Of a stretch of DNA of 64,000 bases, positions 1-12,671 are shown one piece after another. Both the position numbers and the translations under genes were made by a program. Source of the stretch: Paraspadella gotoi. Lineage: Eukaryota > Animalia > Chaetognatha. Location of the stretch: contig CM119267.1 in assembly GCA_051294375.1 (NCBI GenBank), forward strand, positions 24,811,783 to 24,875,782. Reading direction: 5' to 3'. The notes below the pieces were generated by a model. The model was not told the DNA's origin. It made no database searches and worked only from the letters and a program-made list of their open reading frames with translations. The first letter of the stretch is position 1. Each line of letters opens with the position of its first letter.

Positions 1-36
<36 letters not shown>

Positions 37-54
37 GAATAAATTGAGAAAGAC

Positions 55-529
55 CTTCCAACTTTCCGCTGCCATCGACGTCGAGTCCTCGTACGAATCG
101 GTCCGTCTCGATCGCTTTCCATTCATCCTCCACTGAAAATCGGGACGGAACAGAGTTTCAATTTCAATATTTAAAAATTATTAAGATTTTAACGCATTTC
201 CAAACTGATTCGTCTTCCGTAATCAAAACACTCATTTCCCCCCACGTATCCAAATTCCACTCACCGTTGCTGAGAAATTCCTGGAGATCAACGGCGCCGT
301 CTCCGTCGGCGTCGGCCTCCTCGACGACGCGCTTGGCGAGGAGCGGGCGGGTGTGCTCGAAGTCTTCGGGGTGAGCAAAGGCGCGGAACTCGACGACGTC
401 GAGGCTCTCGTCGCCGTCGACGTCGGCGTCGGAAAATCTGGAGGCGTCGTCCGTGAAAAGGCGACGAAAGTGGGCGGCCTCGGCGTCGGAGAAGGAGGGA
501 GGGGGCGTGGAGGGATCGGGGATATAGCC

Positions 530-620
<91 letters not shown>

Positions 621-2054
621 ATTCTATCGCCGCAATTGAGCAAGTGCAATTCATGACTATGATCACCCGGTTAACTACCAGCAGAAGTCCCATTTGATCC
701 CAAAACCGCGAATTCAATTAAAGAGTCGATTTTAGTGTTTGTAATTGGATTCAAAATGGCTCAAAAAACCGATCGGAAAAGCAAAAGGAAAGATTGTATA
801 AAATCAAACCACATTAAATTAGTTAATTATACCATTTATAGACTAACTAATGCTTCATCGTTTCTCACCATAATAACTCTTTAAATATTCGTTCCAACCA
901 AGTTTCCCGTCACCGTCTTGATCGTGTGACTCGAATCTCCGCCGTGATTCTTCTTTGTTGAGCGAAGCGAAGGAACTCACGATCCAATCCTGTTCACCAA
1001 ATAATCGTGATCGTCAAGTAACGAGAACCAGTCTCCGACTCAACCATAAAATAAGTAATAAATAAATAAATAAATACTATAAATAAGCCATGTCTCTTGT
1101 TAATTTCTTAAATGACGCAGGCTCCTCTTCCTCCACTAAGCCCCTTTTTATCTTTTTTTTTATTTACGGACGGACAGACAGACAGACAGACAGACGGACA
1201 GACCGAAAAGTGAGATATAGAGTCACGATAATAGCTGTTATTGACTCCAGGCTCTCCGGTCAAAAACTCAAAAGAAAGCCAGGATTCGTTTCGAATCCCA
1301 GCCCAACAACAACAACGAAGTTTTTCGTCTTTTTCCCTCTCTTCTCCAAAGGACTAGAACCTTTAATTCGTCGACGGCGACGCTCCCATCACCGTCCGCG
1401 TCCATTTTGGAAGCCATGATAACGAGTCTCTTCTTCGCCTCGTCCGGCGACATCTGATGAAACTCCTCGTCCGCCTAATCGAGAAAAATAATAAACCACG
1501 AGTTATAGTTATACTGAGTGACGAGTAGTGACTAAGTCAACAACCTCTGTGGACCCTAAAATGGCGGCGTGATCGAACTCGACGTCTCTGTGTCCGGCGT
1601 CGTCGTGGTCGGCGTGGTCGACGAATCCCGGGATTTGCCAGACTTGAGGATCGTCGCCGATGTCGTCGTAGATGGACTCGAAAGGCAAATCGGATTCGTC
1701 CTCGATGAGTCGCGATTCGGGCGGCGACGCCGAGTTGCCGGGCGGCGACGCCGAGTCAAAGTCGTGAATCGCGGCGTCAGTAGAAACGATATTCGAGGAG
1801 GCGTCGGTTCCTTCGGCGTCGTTTAAAACTCCGTCCATTGAGAATTTTTTAATCTCTTCTTTCTCTTCTTGTTTTTTCTCAGCCAATAGACCAGCGTCGG
1901 CAGCAGCGTCGGCGGCAGCGTCGGCGGCACCACCGACGTCAGCAGAGGCGTCAGCATCGTCATCAGCGTTGTCGCCGAAAAACCAAGATTCCGCGAAGGA
2001 GGCGCACAACACGATGGAAATGTAGACAAGACCAAAAAAGGCTACCTTATTCAT
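55..2054 (-). CDS. CREC-family EF-hand protein, reticulocalbin-2/calumenin-like (3' end runs off the window)
   Basis: Signal peptide MNKVAFFGLVYISIVLCASFA and an acidic extension, then FDHAAILGS..DEAKKRL..KMDADGDGSV..DWIVSSF and EF-hands DQDGDGKLGWNEY, DVDGDESLDVVEFRAFAHPEDF, DADGDGAVDLQEFL. Exons approx. 2054-1545, 1474-1361, 990-870, 528-265, 132-55, all GT-AG. Confidence 0.85.
532..615. repeat. (GA)n microsatellite; others at 1-35, 2413-2507, 18183-18227 and about 47128-47169
   Basis: Seen directly. Confidence 0.95.
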
Positions 2055-2408
2055 TTTCACCGATAAATGTATCATAGTTAAAAGCATATTAGGAAATGGA
2101 AGAGTTGGTGAAGTATTATAGACTTCTCTGCAAACAAATGGAAGAGAGAAAGTATAGTGTAGCAATTTTTTTTGTCCTATACTGCTACTTTCAGACATCG
2201 AGATTCACGAATACATTATTTTTTTAAAAAATGATTAACCATTTGACTTAGTTTGCCATTTCGTAAAAAGGAGAATGAAGGAGGGGACAGGGGCAATAAT
2301 TTTCTTAACGCATAATTAAGTAGTTTTGAGATATGATTAAAAGAAAATTGGAAAGGTTTACATGATTTAGATAAATCTTTACGAGACGTACGTGTGATTT
2401 TTGAGGTG

Positions 2409-2511
<103 letters not shown>

Positions 2512-3764
2512 GTTTTCAGGGAAAAAACTATATTTTTTTTAGTTTTCTATGTCAGAAGAAGAAAGGCGGAAGATAATTTCGACCAATATTATTGCTTCTC
2601 GTGTATTATTATTAAGGGGAAGGAGGGGAGGGCGAGGGGGGGAGGGAAAGAAGAATAGAGAGAAGGAAAGAGGGGGGGCGTTTCTCTTCGACCTCAAGAT
2701 TCTCTACGTGAAGTGATCGTGTTCGTCAAAGGGCAGTTGTAACTATGGGCTTAAAAAAATACACACGACGATTTTTTGATGTTGATTACGAAAGACAAAA
2801 AAATATAGAGAAAAAAATAAAAAAAATGAACGAAAAAACCGGAGGAAAAAATCTTAATCTCTGCGACACGAACCGAAGACATGATGTTTATAATTATGTA
2901 ATTAAATGTTTTATGTGCCGGTTATGATTATAGAGAATTAATGAAAATTTATACGAAATAACAACCAAACGTGTTTTTTTTTCCTATGTGCGAAAACTAG
3001 AGACGATGACGAGATTCTTTTCTTTTTTTAACCATTGGCTAAATAGTAAATACCTATCGGCATTAAATACGATTTCTCCCCGTCATGCAAAATTATATGA
3101 ACGACACAACAGAAAAATATTGCCACTAATTTCCGTTACAAAAAAAATAAGGGTCGTAAATGAAGGAGAGAAAACAAAAAGGAAAAACTGTGAAATCACT
3201 GGAAAAATATCACTGTCGAAATTTTTTCGATCAAAACCAATTAAGTAAAAAATAAAATGAGATCATTTCCTCAAAAAAATAAAATAAAAAAAAATAAAAA
3301 TATTTATCACATTCCGTCAAAGAAAAAAAAGTTAATGTAAAAGCAATAAACTAGAGGATATTTTTGATCAAATACAAACGACTACGAACAAACGCCACCG
3401 AGTGTAAAAAATGGAGAAAAAACATTACTAGTACTTTGGTGCGAAATGAAATGATTAATAAAAATCAGTTGAGACGAGCCACCTTTTTTTGTGTTTTGGT
3501 TTGTTTTTTTTTTAAACTTTGATTGGTTGATTTGATTAAAAAATCATCTCGTGGCTTCTCTCATCAACCTTTCCTCCATCATCAAAATCTCAAAGCTTTA
3601 AAAGTCGCGATTCGTTGACCAACGAATCGAATATCAATATCTAAACTTCAAAGTTTTCAAGTCTTAAAACAATTTTTTTTTTCAATCTCCGCTGGTGATA
3701 AAAATGCCCGAGCGACTTCAACATCCTATCGATGATGCTCAAGGCTTGACCACAGGGGCTCTTT

Positions 3765-6700
3765 TCATACTCCGACCCCGTTGAGCCTCTCCACAGTGAC
3801 CGCCCTCAACTGCCCGTTTGACGCTCGAGCTTCCGTGTATTTGACGGCGGGAAATTTTTTCTTCTCTCGCTCGCGTTTCGCCGCCTCCTCGCGCCGCCGC
3901 CGCTTGACCACTTGTGTGGCGGCGACGGACAGAGTCGCGGTTACCTGAACAAATAATATTAAATATCAGGGTCTCATCTAAAATAAAAAAATTAAATAAA
4001 TAAATACATACGTAATTTTTTTTTCTGAAAATAAAACAGAGCAAACAAATAATTTCGGGAATGGTTGCAAAAATATCTTATGTCAACAATAAACGTGAAC
4101 AAAAAAGGAAAATAAAAAAGAAAAAGAGTTCAGTGGACAAAGTCAAGCAACTCCGTCCACATGAGACGGCAACTCAATCACGGGACTTCGGGAAGCAACC
4201 AGGTAATTGAAACAAAATAAAGAAATGAAAATAAAAACGTGAGTCGGTCTATTCACACCGCCTCACATCCAGCATCATTCCAGCCAATCCCATTGGCATC
4301 ATCCCAAGCATTACGTTCCATCCACAGTCCTCACGACTTCCCTCAGCGTTGGCAAAGCGAGACCCTCATAGGTTAACCGCGCCAGTGGCAGGCGACGCCA
4401 CTGAGGGTCGGAACCCCCCAAAGCCCCATCCCAATGATCATCACAGGAAACCCGGCTGTTTTTATAAACGTTCTGTTTTAAATAAAGACCTCCAGTCTAC
4501 AGAATACAACTTTCACATCTTTCACCCTAATTAAGCTGCCACCCACACCTTATTTTTATCTCTTTATCACTCACCAGCAAAAAAGCGGCGCCGCCCGCGA
4601 CGCCGGCCACCGTCGCCGTGGATACGACTATGCCGCCAGCGAGAGGCGCCGTCGGGGGCGCCACGTACGACGCCGTTTCGGAAGCGGCGCTAAAAGTCTT
4701 GGAGGCGGAGAAGGAGAAGACGCGGAAGTCGTAGCGGAATCCGGGGCGGAGGTCGCGGATCGTCGTCCAGAGGGCGTCGACGACCCGATCGGTGAGCGCC
4801 GACCACGGAGGAGGGGTCGATGAGGAGGAAGAGGAAAGGTGGTCGTCGCGTTGACCCGTCGAGTCTTCCGATCGATACTCGACGATGTAGAAAGAAATCT
4901 TGGGAATACAGGGTAGGGCGTTTGAAAATAACAAAATATAACAAATCGAATAAGGTACATAGCTATTTTAGTGTGAACAAGTCTGTAAAATTCGATGGTG
5001 ATGACCATTTTTTGTATAATTTTATCTTTTTTGTCGAAAATGAGGATTTTTTAATGTATATAAAATTGTCATAAAAAAGAAAAACAATTATAAGTTATGA
5101 TAAATCAAATTATTAAAATTTTATAAAATTTTTATGAGCTTTGGAAATATAAAATAAGGACTTATAAAAATATTTTCGTAAGTTTATTTTAAAATTTTAT
5201 AAAAAGTTAGTTTACTATTTTTATTAATAATTATGAGTAAAAATTAGGTTAAAGTTAAAAATAATAATTTCAAAATTTTATTCCTGGATTTGTATTCCTT
5301 GCAAAAAGTTGATATAAGAAATATAATTTTATTCCAAAATTATGTTATTATTATAAAAAAACTATAACTTTAAGCTAAAAATTAAAAAATTATACAAAAA
5401 AATAGTTTTTAACATTTTTAACCGACTTAATAAAAGAATTTGTTAAAATGGATTATACTTTCTTATATCAACTTTTTGAAAGGAATTTAAATCCGGTTTT
5501 AAAATTTTAAAATTTTAATTTTTTCTCTTTAGCTTATTTTTTATTATTATTTATTAATAAATATAGCTAACAAACATTTAATAAAATATAAAATTTGTAA
5601 ATAAACTTACTGAAATATTTATAAGGGTCTTTATTCTTATATTATGTAAGCTAAATATAGTTTTTATAAAATTTTAATAATTTGAGTTTCTTATACTTCT
5701 TATACTTTGAATAGGACCTTATATGCTGCAAAAATCGCCATTTTCGACAAAGAAGATGAAACTATACAAAAAAATGGTTATCAACATCGAAATCTACGGA
5801 CTTGATTACACTAAAATAGCTATGTACCTATTCGATTCGTTATATTTTGTTATTTTTAAATGCCCTAATACAGGGGTGGGAATGGGGAAGACCATTATTA
5901 TTATTTGCAGTCTGTCTAACGTCTAATGTTTATATTCTCTCTTCTCTATCTTCTTTCTTCTTCTCTATTCTTTTTTCTCTCTCCTCTATTGCCCCCCTCA
6001 CCGGAAGAGAAGAATTGAGCGGCGTTGACCAAGAGATGTTGAGTCCGTTTCTGCCCGCGAGCGGGGAAAGGCGAATGGAGTGAGCGGGAGCGGGGCGGGA
6101 AAGGAGCGGGGCGGCGGCGTCGTCGGTGGTGAGGGGCGCGGCCTCGCCCGTCGCCCGCGTCCGGTTGACGTCGTCGTCATCGTCGTCCAAACTCTTCGTC
6201 CGAATCCTGATGACTTTGGAGAACATCCCGTCGCCGGAGGAAGTCTTGGCTTGGACGGAGAACTCGTAGACCGAGTCGGGGAGGAGATCCTCGATGGAGA
6301 AGGAGACGGCGTCGTCTGGGTGGATGCGGACCTTCGGGAGGAAAGAGGGGAGGGAAAGAAAGAAGAATAAAGATAAAGAGAAGAGAAAAAAAGAAAAAAG
6401 AGAAGAAAAGAGAAAGAGAGGAAAAGAGAAAGAGAAGAAAAGAAAAAAAAATAAAAGCGAAGAGAAGAGAAGAGAAGGTTTTGCTTCTCTGCAGTTTTTC
6501 CTGCTAAACTAAATCTCAGCCATTTCAGTTTTCTGTTTCTTTTTCCTTCTTTTTCTCCTTCTCCTTCTTCCTCTTTCTCCTTCTTTTCCTCTTTCTCCTT
6601 CTTCCTCTTTCTCCTTCTTTTCCTCTTTCTCCTTCTTCCTCTTTCTCCTTCTTTTTCTCCTTCTTCCTCTTTCTTTCTCCTTCTTTTTTTTCTTTTTCTT

Positions 6701-9700
6701 CTCTTAATTCTCCTTCTTCCTTCTCACCGTCTTCCAGTCCATCTTGTCTCGTCCGAGTCTTTTGAACCACAAAACGTATTGCATCGCAAGTCCGGCGTTG
6801 AAGGCGGGTTGCCAGGCGACGGTGGCTGAGAAGTGACCCGTGTTGACGGTCAGGTTGTACGGAGCGTGAGGAGTTGTGGTCTGTGGTCAAAAAAGAATAT
6901 AATCAAACAAGATTTAACCCACATTTAACACACCCCGATTCGCCCGGTTCTCGAGAGACTCGGCACACACCTCGATAATGAGTCTGGCGACGGCGCCGAC
7001 CGTCGTGACCACGTTGGAGGCGAGGCATTCGTAGTCCCCGGCGTCGCGGAGGACCAGGTTGAGGATCGTCAGGTTCCCGCGACTCTGGACGATGCGCGGT
7101 GAGGCCGGAAGAGACGCCGTGGACGCCGAGGGAACGCCCCCGCCCTTAAAGGGGGAAGAAGAACGAAATCAAGTTCATGTTGATGATGAATCGATGACGA
7201 TAATGATGATGATGATGACGATGATTATACCCGAAAGGATTCGTGACTCCGTTTCCTCCAACGGATCGTTGGCTCCGGGTCTCCGTCGGCGGCGCATGAG
7301 AAGGATGCCGAGTCGCCCAGCATCCGCTGGACGTACTTGATTGGGCGGCGGAGGAACCGCGGCGGGTCGCGGACGAGCACGGCCACGGGGGGCGAGGCAG
7401 GGCTGGCTCCTACCGAGTTGATTGGCCGGCAAGAGTAAACGCCCTCGTGGTCAGGATCGGCCGAAGAGAGAGAGATCACGAGGCCGGAGCGGAGGAGTTC
7501 GAATGAGAAAGAGGAAAGATTGGAAGTCCTTTTGGATTTGGCGGCGGCAGCGGCGGCAGCGGCGGAAGCGGCGGAGGGGGCGGAGGGGGCGGCGGAGAAT
7601 CCGAAACTCCTCAAATCTTTTGTCAGATGAGATGATGAAAACGAGGATGAAGAAGATGATGATCGGATTTCCCGTAACGGCTGATCGTCTTTAGTCCAGT
7701 GAACCTGTTAAAGATTAAACGTATTCATGGTAAAATTCTTTTTCGTTGTTTTTGGAGATTTAGAAAATTGTTTAACTTTTGTACAAGGAATTTTATTATT
7801 AATATGCAGACATGTTTCGACTCAATTACGAGTCTTCATCAGCGCGTAAAAAAACATTTTTTTTGTACAAAAGTCAAACAATTTTCTAAAGATTAAACTG
7901 TGGCAGCAAGACTTAAAGCTGCCTCACTGCTGTCCGTCCTCAGCCTCGTCTTAATGGCTGAGCACTGAGCAGGCTAAATCATCTCATTCCATCCGTGCGT
8001 CCCGGGTTCAATCCCTGGGTATCCCGGTTCTGGCTTAAATGTGACGGTGCCGGTATAAACATGCCAGTGACAGGAGGCGGTCACTGAGGGTCCGCAGCCC
8101 CTATGCCAGTTGGTGAGATACCCCGCGCCCCGGGTATCACAGGCTATCCTCCCGTTGCCATAAAACTTAAAATATATAAATAATGTTTTGTGGCGGTATA
8201 TTCACACCGCCTCACGTCCACCATCCTTCAGCCAGATCCATTGGCTCAGAGGGGGAACACACCATCCCAGGCGTAGTGTTTCATCCACAGTCCTAACGAC
8301 TTCCCTTTGCGTTGGCAAAGCGAGACCGTCCTAGGGTAACCGCGTCAGTGACTGGAGGCGTCACTGAGGGTCGGAAGCCCCCAAAGCCAACAGTGAGATG
8401 CCCCATCCCAATGGGCATCACAGGCAACCCGGCTGTTGCCATAGTTTAATCTTATTAGTTGCGCCGCGAGTACTCGCGGAGCAACTCTATAAGTCACTTT
8501 TCGGTCGGTCGTTCTGTTAGTAGGTTTGTCTCACTTACGTTAAAAATGCATATAATTCGCCTATAATTGGTTGCTCATTTGTTAAGACAAGAAAAAAATA
8601 TAAAATCTAAGTGACTGCGCCGCCTTCAGAAAATCCTAAAACTATAAGGAAAAAAAACGAAATTTTGATGCATGTCATAAATACAAGGGCTAAGAAAGTT
8701 TTTAGTCGGATCGGCTTTAATTCACTTTAATTCACTATAATTCACTTTGTCGGTCCGTCGGTCCGCCCCCTCAATCTTGTCGGGCATTCACTTATATCAT
8801 GTCAGAACATGGAATTATGATAAATTATACAAAAAAAAACGATATCTGTCCGTCCGTCCGTCCCACCTTAGCAAAAAATACCAATTACTCGTGATTGGAT
8901 GGATGGATTGGAATGAAATTTTGTGTGTGGGTAGGGAAGTGTGTGATTGAGCTGAATATGAAGTTTCGATGGAATCGTCCGAGTGGAAATGAGTTTAAGT
9001 GGAAAAAACAAAAAAATATATTCTACTATTTGAACACCAATTACTCACGAGTGGATGGGCCGATTGACTTGAAATTTTGTATTTGGGTAGAAATGTGTGT
9101 GATTAAACTGGAAATCAAGTTTTGATGGATTCGTTTGAGTGGAAATGAATTTAAATGGAAAAAACAAAGAACCTGTTTCACGAATTGATTATGCTTCTTT
9201 TTATTTTAAATGTAAATGCAAGATGTATTAATTAATCAAATAATTGTCAGTTAATTAATCAATTAATCAATTAATTAATCAATAATTAATTAATAAGTTA
9301 ATTAATCAATCAAAACAAACATTTTGGATCAAATTAATTAATTGATTAATTGATAATTGATTAATTATCGATAATGATCGTGGGCAGATCCGATATTGTT
9401 TGCTCAAACTTGTTTAGTCATGTCATGTCATCAAAAAGAAATAGACGTGAAAATAAAGTCACTGCGGCGCAACACATTGGAATCACCTTTCTTGTTTTTT
9501 TCATCATACAAATAATAAATACCTCCAATGTACATGGCCATTGGCCAAACACATAACATAAACGTAGATGGCCAAACCCATAAGACAACTCTAAACAAAG
9601 AATCATCCGACTTTTTTTCTCTCGATGATCACAACTAAATTCCGCTTCACCTCCATGACGGGCGGATTGGCGTCGACCCGGCAGGGAATCTCGGCTGCGG

Positions 9701-11585
9701 CGCCTTTGGGCAGATAAAGCCGCTCGGGCATCCGCAGCAACTTGGGTGCGTAGGTGACGTTGAGAAAAGCCTTGGCCGTCGCGGAGGAGAGGCCGTTGGA
9801 GGCCGTGCAGAGGAACCAGCCTGAGTCATCGCCGAAGACGGAGGATATGGCCAGGCTGCCGTCCTCCAACGCCGTCGTCCGCGGCCCAAGCGAGGGATGT
9901 TCGGCGACGTCGACGCCGTCCCTCGACCATCTGTAAGAGATGTTAGAGGGGCGCGCCTCCGCTTTGCAGGTCAACTGAGTCCTCAGGCCTTCGTTGACCG
10001 TCGTGTTCATGGGAGGAGAAAGGATGAAGACGCCGCCCTGAAGGACGACCTTCATGGAGTGGGTCACCTGATAGAATAAAGTAATTGCCATTATTGCTTT
10101 ATTTGCTACCATTTGATTCTGTGTCTGAACTAATATGACAAATATTAGAATAAATACCCCCACGTTTAGTCAAAGATACATGTATCTAAAAATATAAACA
10201 AAATTATTTGATCAATGAAGTAATGAGGATTGAACAAAACCGAAAATGACTTGAGACTTTTCGACCCTTCCACTCACTTCTCCGACTTCGTTATGCGCCC
10301 GACAGACGTAGACCCCAGCGTCCTTTCTCCTCACCGCCTCGATCCTGTCGACCAATCAATCAATCAAGCACATTTTTAAAATAATCATTATTATAATTTA
10401 GATTTTAAAAGTGGAGCCAACCTGAGTTGATCGTCATCGACAAGGACGCGATCGTCCGTCGTCAAGGGAAACCCATCGCGATGCCAGAAAATCTTGGGCG
10501 GGGGTGTTCCGTCGGCGAGGCATTGGAGTCGCATTGGCGCGCCTTCCTTTAAGATCAGCGTCGAGGCGGACGTCTTGGAGAAGACCGGTTTGGAGAGGAT
10601 TGAGAGATGAACCTGGAGTCGATGGGGGAAAAAGGAATTGAAATCAAGATAGAAGATGAAAAAGAAAATAATGATTAAAAATTTTCTACAACTACTATAC
10701 GGACCCATGTTCCGTTCGGAGACGGCATATCCTCCGGAACTCGATTCATGTAGGTGATGAGGCAGTGGTACCATCCCTCGTCCTCTGGTCGGAGCTCCTT
10801 CATTCGGATGCTTGCCGGAATCGTCATCTCCACGCGGTTGACATAAGGCGCCTCCAGATGGGGAGGGTAGCCGGGGAAGCGGAAGAAGAGAGGCTTTTTC
10901 GCTCCGAGTTTTGTCCACTTGAAGGTGTAGGGGATCCACTTTCCGTCGCCGGGAAACTGGACGCGGCATTTGAGCTCCACCTTAAAGGAGGGTGGGAATA
11001 AAAAAGAGGAAAATAGATTAAAAAGTAATAAAAGATGTAATGTGAAAATTACTTTTCAACGTCAAGAGTTAGGTAAACAAAGACCCTTTGCAAGGTTCAT
11101 TGTTCAGTCAGTCGCGGCTTTGTAAATTAAAACTAAATTTAAAACGATTTTTTGAAAAAAATCTGCTGCTGTGGACGCAACAACACAGGCATATTTTCTC
11201 AGTTTGTATGTAATTTATTTTCTCATTAGATTCGCATATAGTAATTTTTAAATTTTATATCTCATTGAGACATTAAACCAATTAATTCGCTACTTACTTC
11301 TCCACCGACGCTTCCGGTAAAATTTTTGTGCGCGACCGGCAGCGCCGCTCGTCGTCTACGTCGGGCGACGGACGACGAAATCGGCGCCCTAAAGGACGCC
11401 AACATTGCGGCTCGTTGATTGGCGATCGCCGTGGGAAAAGACGCCATGACGGCGCCGCGCTGACAATGGCGCCGGGTCCGGAGATCGAGGCGAGGAAGAT
11501 CGGGAGAGAAATTGAAGGAGGGAGAGAGAAAGAAGAGAAAGAGGAGGAAGCGAATGGCAAAGGAGAAAGAGAATGTCATCGTCAC
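3765..11585 (-). CDS. Turtle/IgSF9-type cell adhesion receptor, paralog A (5 Ig + 2 FN3 + TM + short tail), 11 exons
   Basis: Ig1 with PLFFRFPGYPPH..DEGWYHC..NGTWVHL (Turtle-like), Ig2-5, FN3 TTPHAPYNLTV..WQPAFNAG, FN3 LRPGFRYDFRVFS, TM VAGVAGGAAFLLVTATLSV, stop at 3765-3767. Exons join in frame at GT-AG sites. Confidence 0.85.
4248..4460 (+). mobile_element. Degenerate family-B LTR
   Basis: Aligns to 8200-8437 with deletions. Confidence 0.65.
4914..5867. mobile_element. hAT-type MITE
   Basis: Long imperfect TIRs TAGGGCGTTTGAAAATAAC.../...ATTTTTAAATGCCCTA; 8-bp TSD ATACAGGG (4906-4913, 5868-5875). Confidence 0.85.
7805..7846 (-). ncRNA. Minimal type-I hammerhead ribozyme
   Basis: gcg CTGATGA a GACTC-gtaatt-GAGTC GAAA CATGTC tgc. 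Confidence 0.75.
7899..8162 (+). mobile_element. Solo LTR, family A
   Basis: Same sequence as the TRIM LTR; TSD AAAC on both sides. Confidence 0.85.
8189..8443 (+). mobile_element. Solo LTR, family B
   Basis: TGTGGCGG...TTGCCATA ends, TSD GTTT, and shares the 3' hairpin blocks with family A. Confidence 0.8.
8456..9415. repeat. Interspersed repeat with CCGT/GACA microsatellite (DINE-1/Helentron-like); related at about 27172-27800 and 48060-48690
   Basis: Shared blocks (GATGGAATCGTCCGAGTGGAAATGAG, AAACAAGTTTGAG, GCGAGTACTCG) in both orientations. Confidence 0.5.
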
Positions 11586-12671
11586 ATAAAGACTCGATCC
11601 CAGTTATTTAAAGAACAAAGTTTTTTTTTTCATTTTTTATCAGTTTTTATCGAGAAAAAATTTTTTTCATTCTCCGACAATGAAAAAAACTGGAGACATT
11701 TTTTGGCAAAATCTGAAAAGGGAATTCAGAAAAAAAAAACCGTTTGGTTACAGTAACAATCAATGAAAGGGGGGGAGGGGGTTCGTAAGTTTTAGAGCGT
11801 CTCTTCAGAAGACATTCGAACCACCAACTAACCAATCTTTTTATGGTTTACGATAATTTCACGGTAAATGAGTGACTTTGGGTAAAAAGGAGATGTGATA
11901 AACAGCGATTTTTTTCTTAATGATAGTTTTATCTTTAGCGTAGAAAATATAAAATAATCTGGAAGTAGGAAAGTGGAGGGATACAATGAATATGTATCGC
12001 TAATGTAATGAAGGATAAAAATTGACAAATGACAAATTGACAAATGACAAATGACTTGATGAAGACAACAACAAAATATTCTCGACGCACCCGATGATCC
12101 TAATTTCCCGAAAAAATTTCCAAAAAATATTTTTGAATAATACTTAAAAAAATGTATTTTGATAATTTGATTTACAGCTCGATGTAGTACAAAACTTCGG
12201 CTAGATCCTAACTGGGAAATTGAGACCATGAGGTACTAATAGTAGTACAATGACACGCGTTTTTAATCTATGGCGAAATTTATGAAAAAAGAAAAATAGT
12301 ACAAAAAAGGTCAACAACACCGTCATTCAATTAATATCGATAATGATTAAATATTAACTAATAACTGGATATAATTTCATGGTCGTAAAAGGATTGTCGA
12401 AAGGAGTATTTCTTTAAAAATAAATTTGAGTTCCCAACAAAACAATGAAAATAAGAGGCAAAAACAGAGATCATTGCGTAAATGCCGGTTTGGCAGGTTT
12501 TTTTTTACTTCAAATGAGTCCAAAAGTGGAACCCAATTTTTTTTTTCGTTTTAAAAATCTCACAGAAATTAACAAATAATAAGCGGAATTTCAAAAACCA
12601 TAACCCCCCCCCCAAAAAAAAAGAGATCATAACTGAATGATCATGACTAGAATAAAAGAGAATTAATTTCC

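Noticed and set aside
164-717. ORFs with poly-LS or poly-ER tracts (also 2401-2658, 18137-18433)
   Set aside because: The tracts come from (GA)n microsatellites; only the exon-overlapping parts are coding.
7930-7990. HDV-like ribozyme in LTR family A (GGCTAA motif)
   Set aside because: The nested double-pseudoknot pairing order could not be built; only simple hairpins form.
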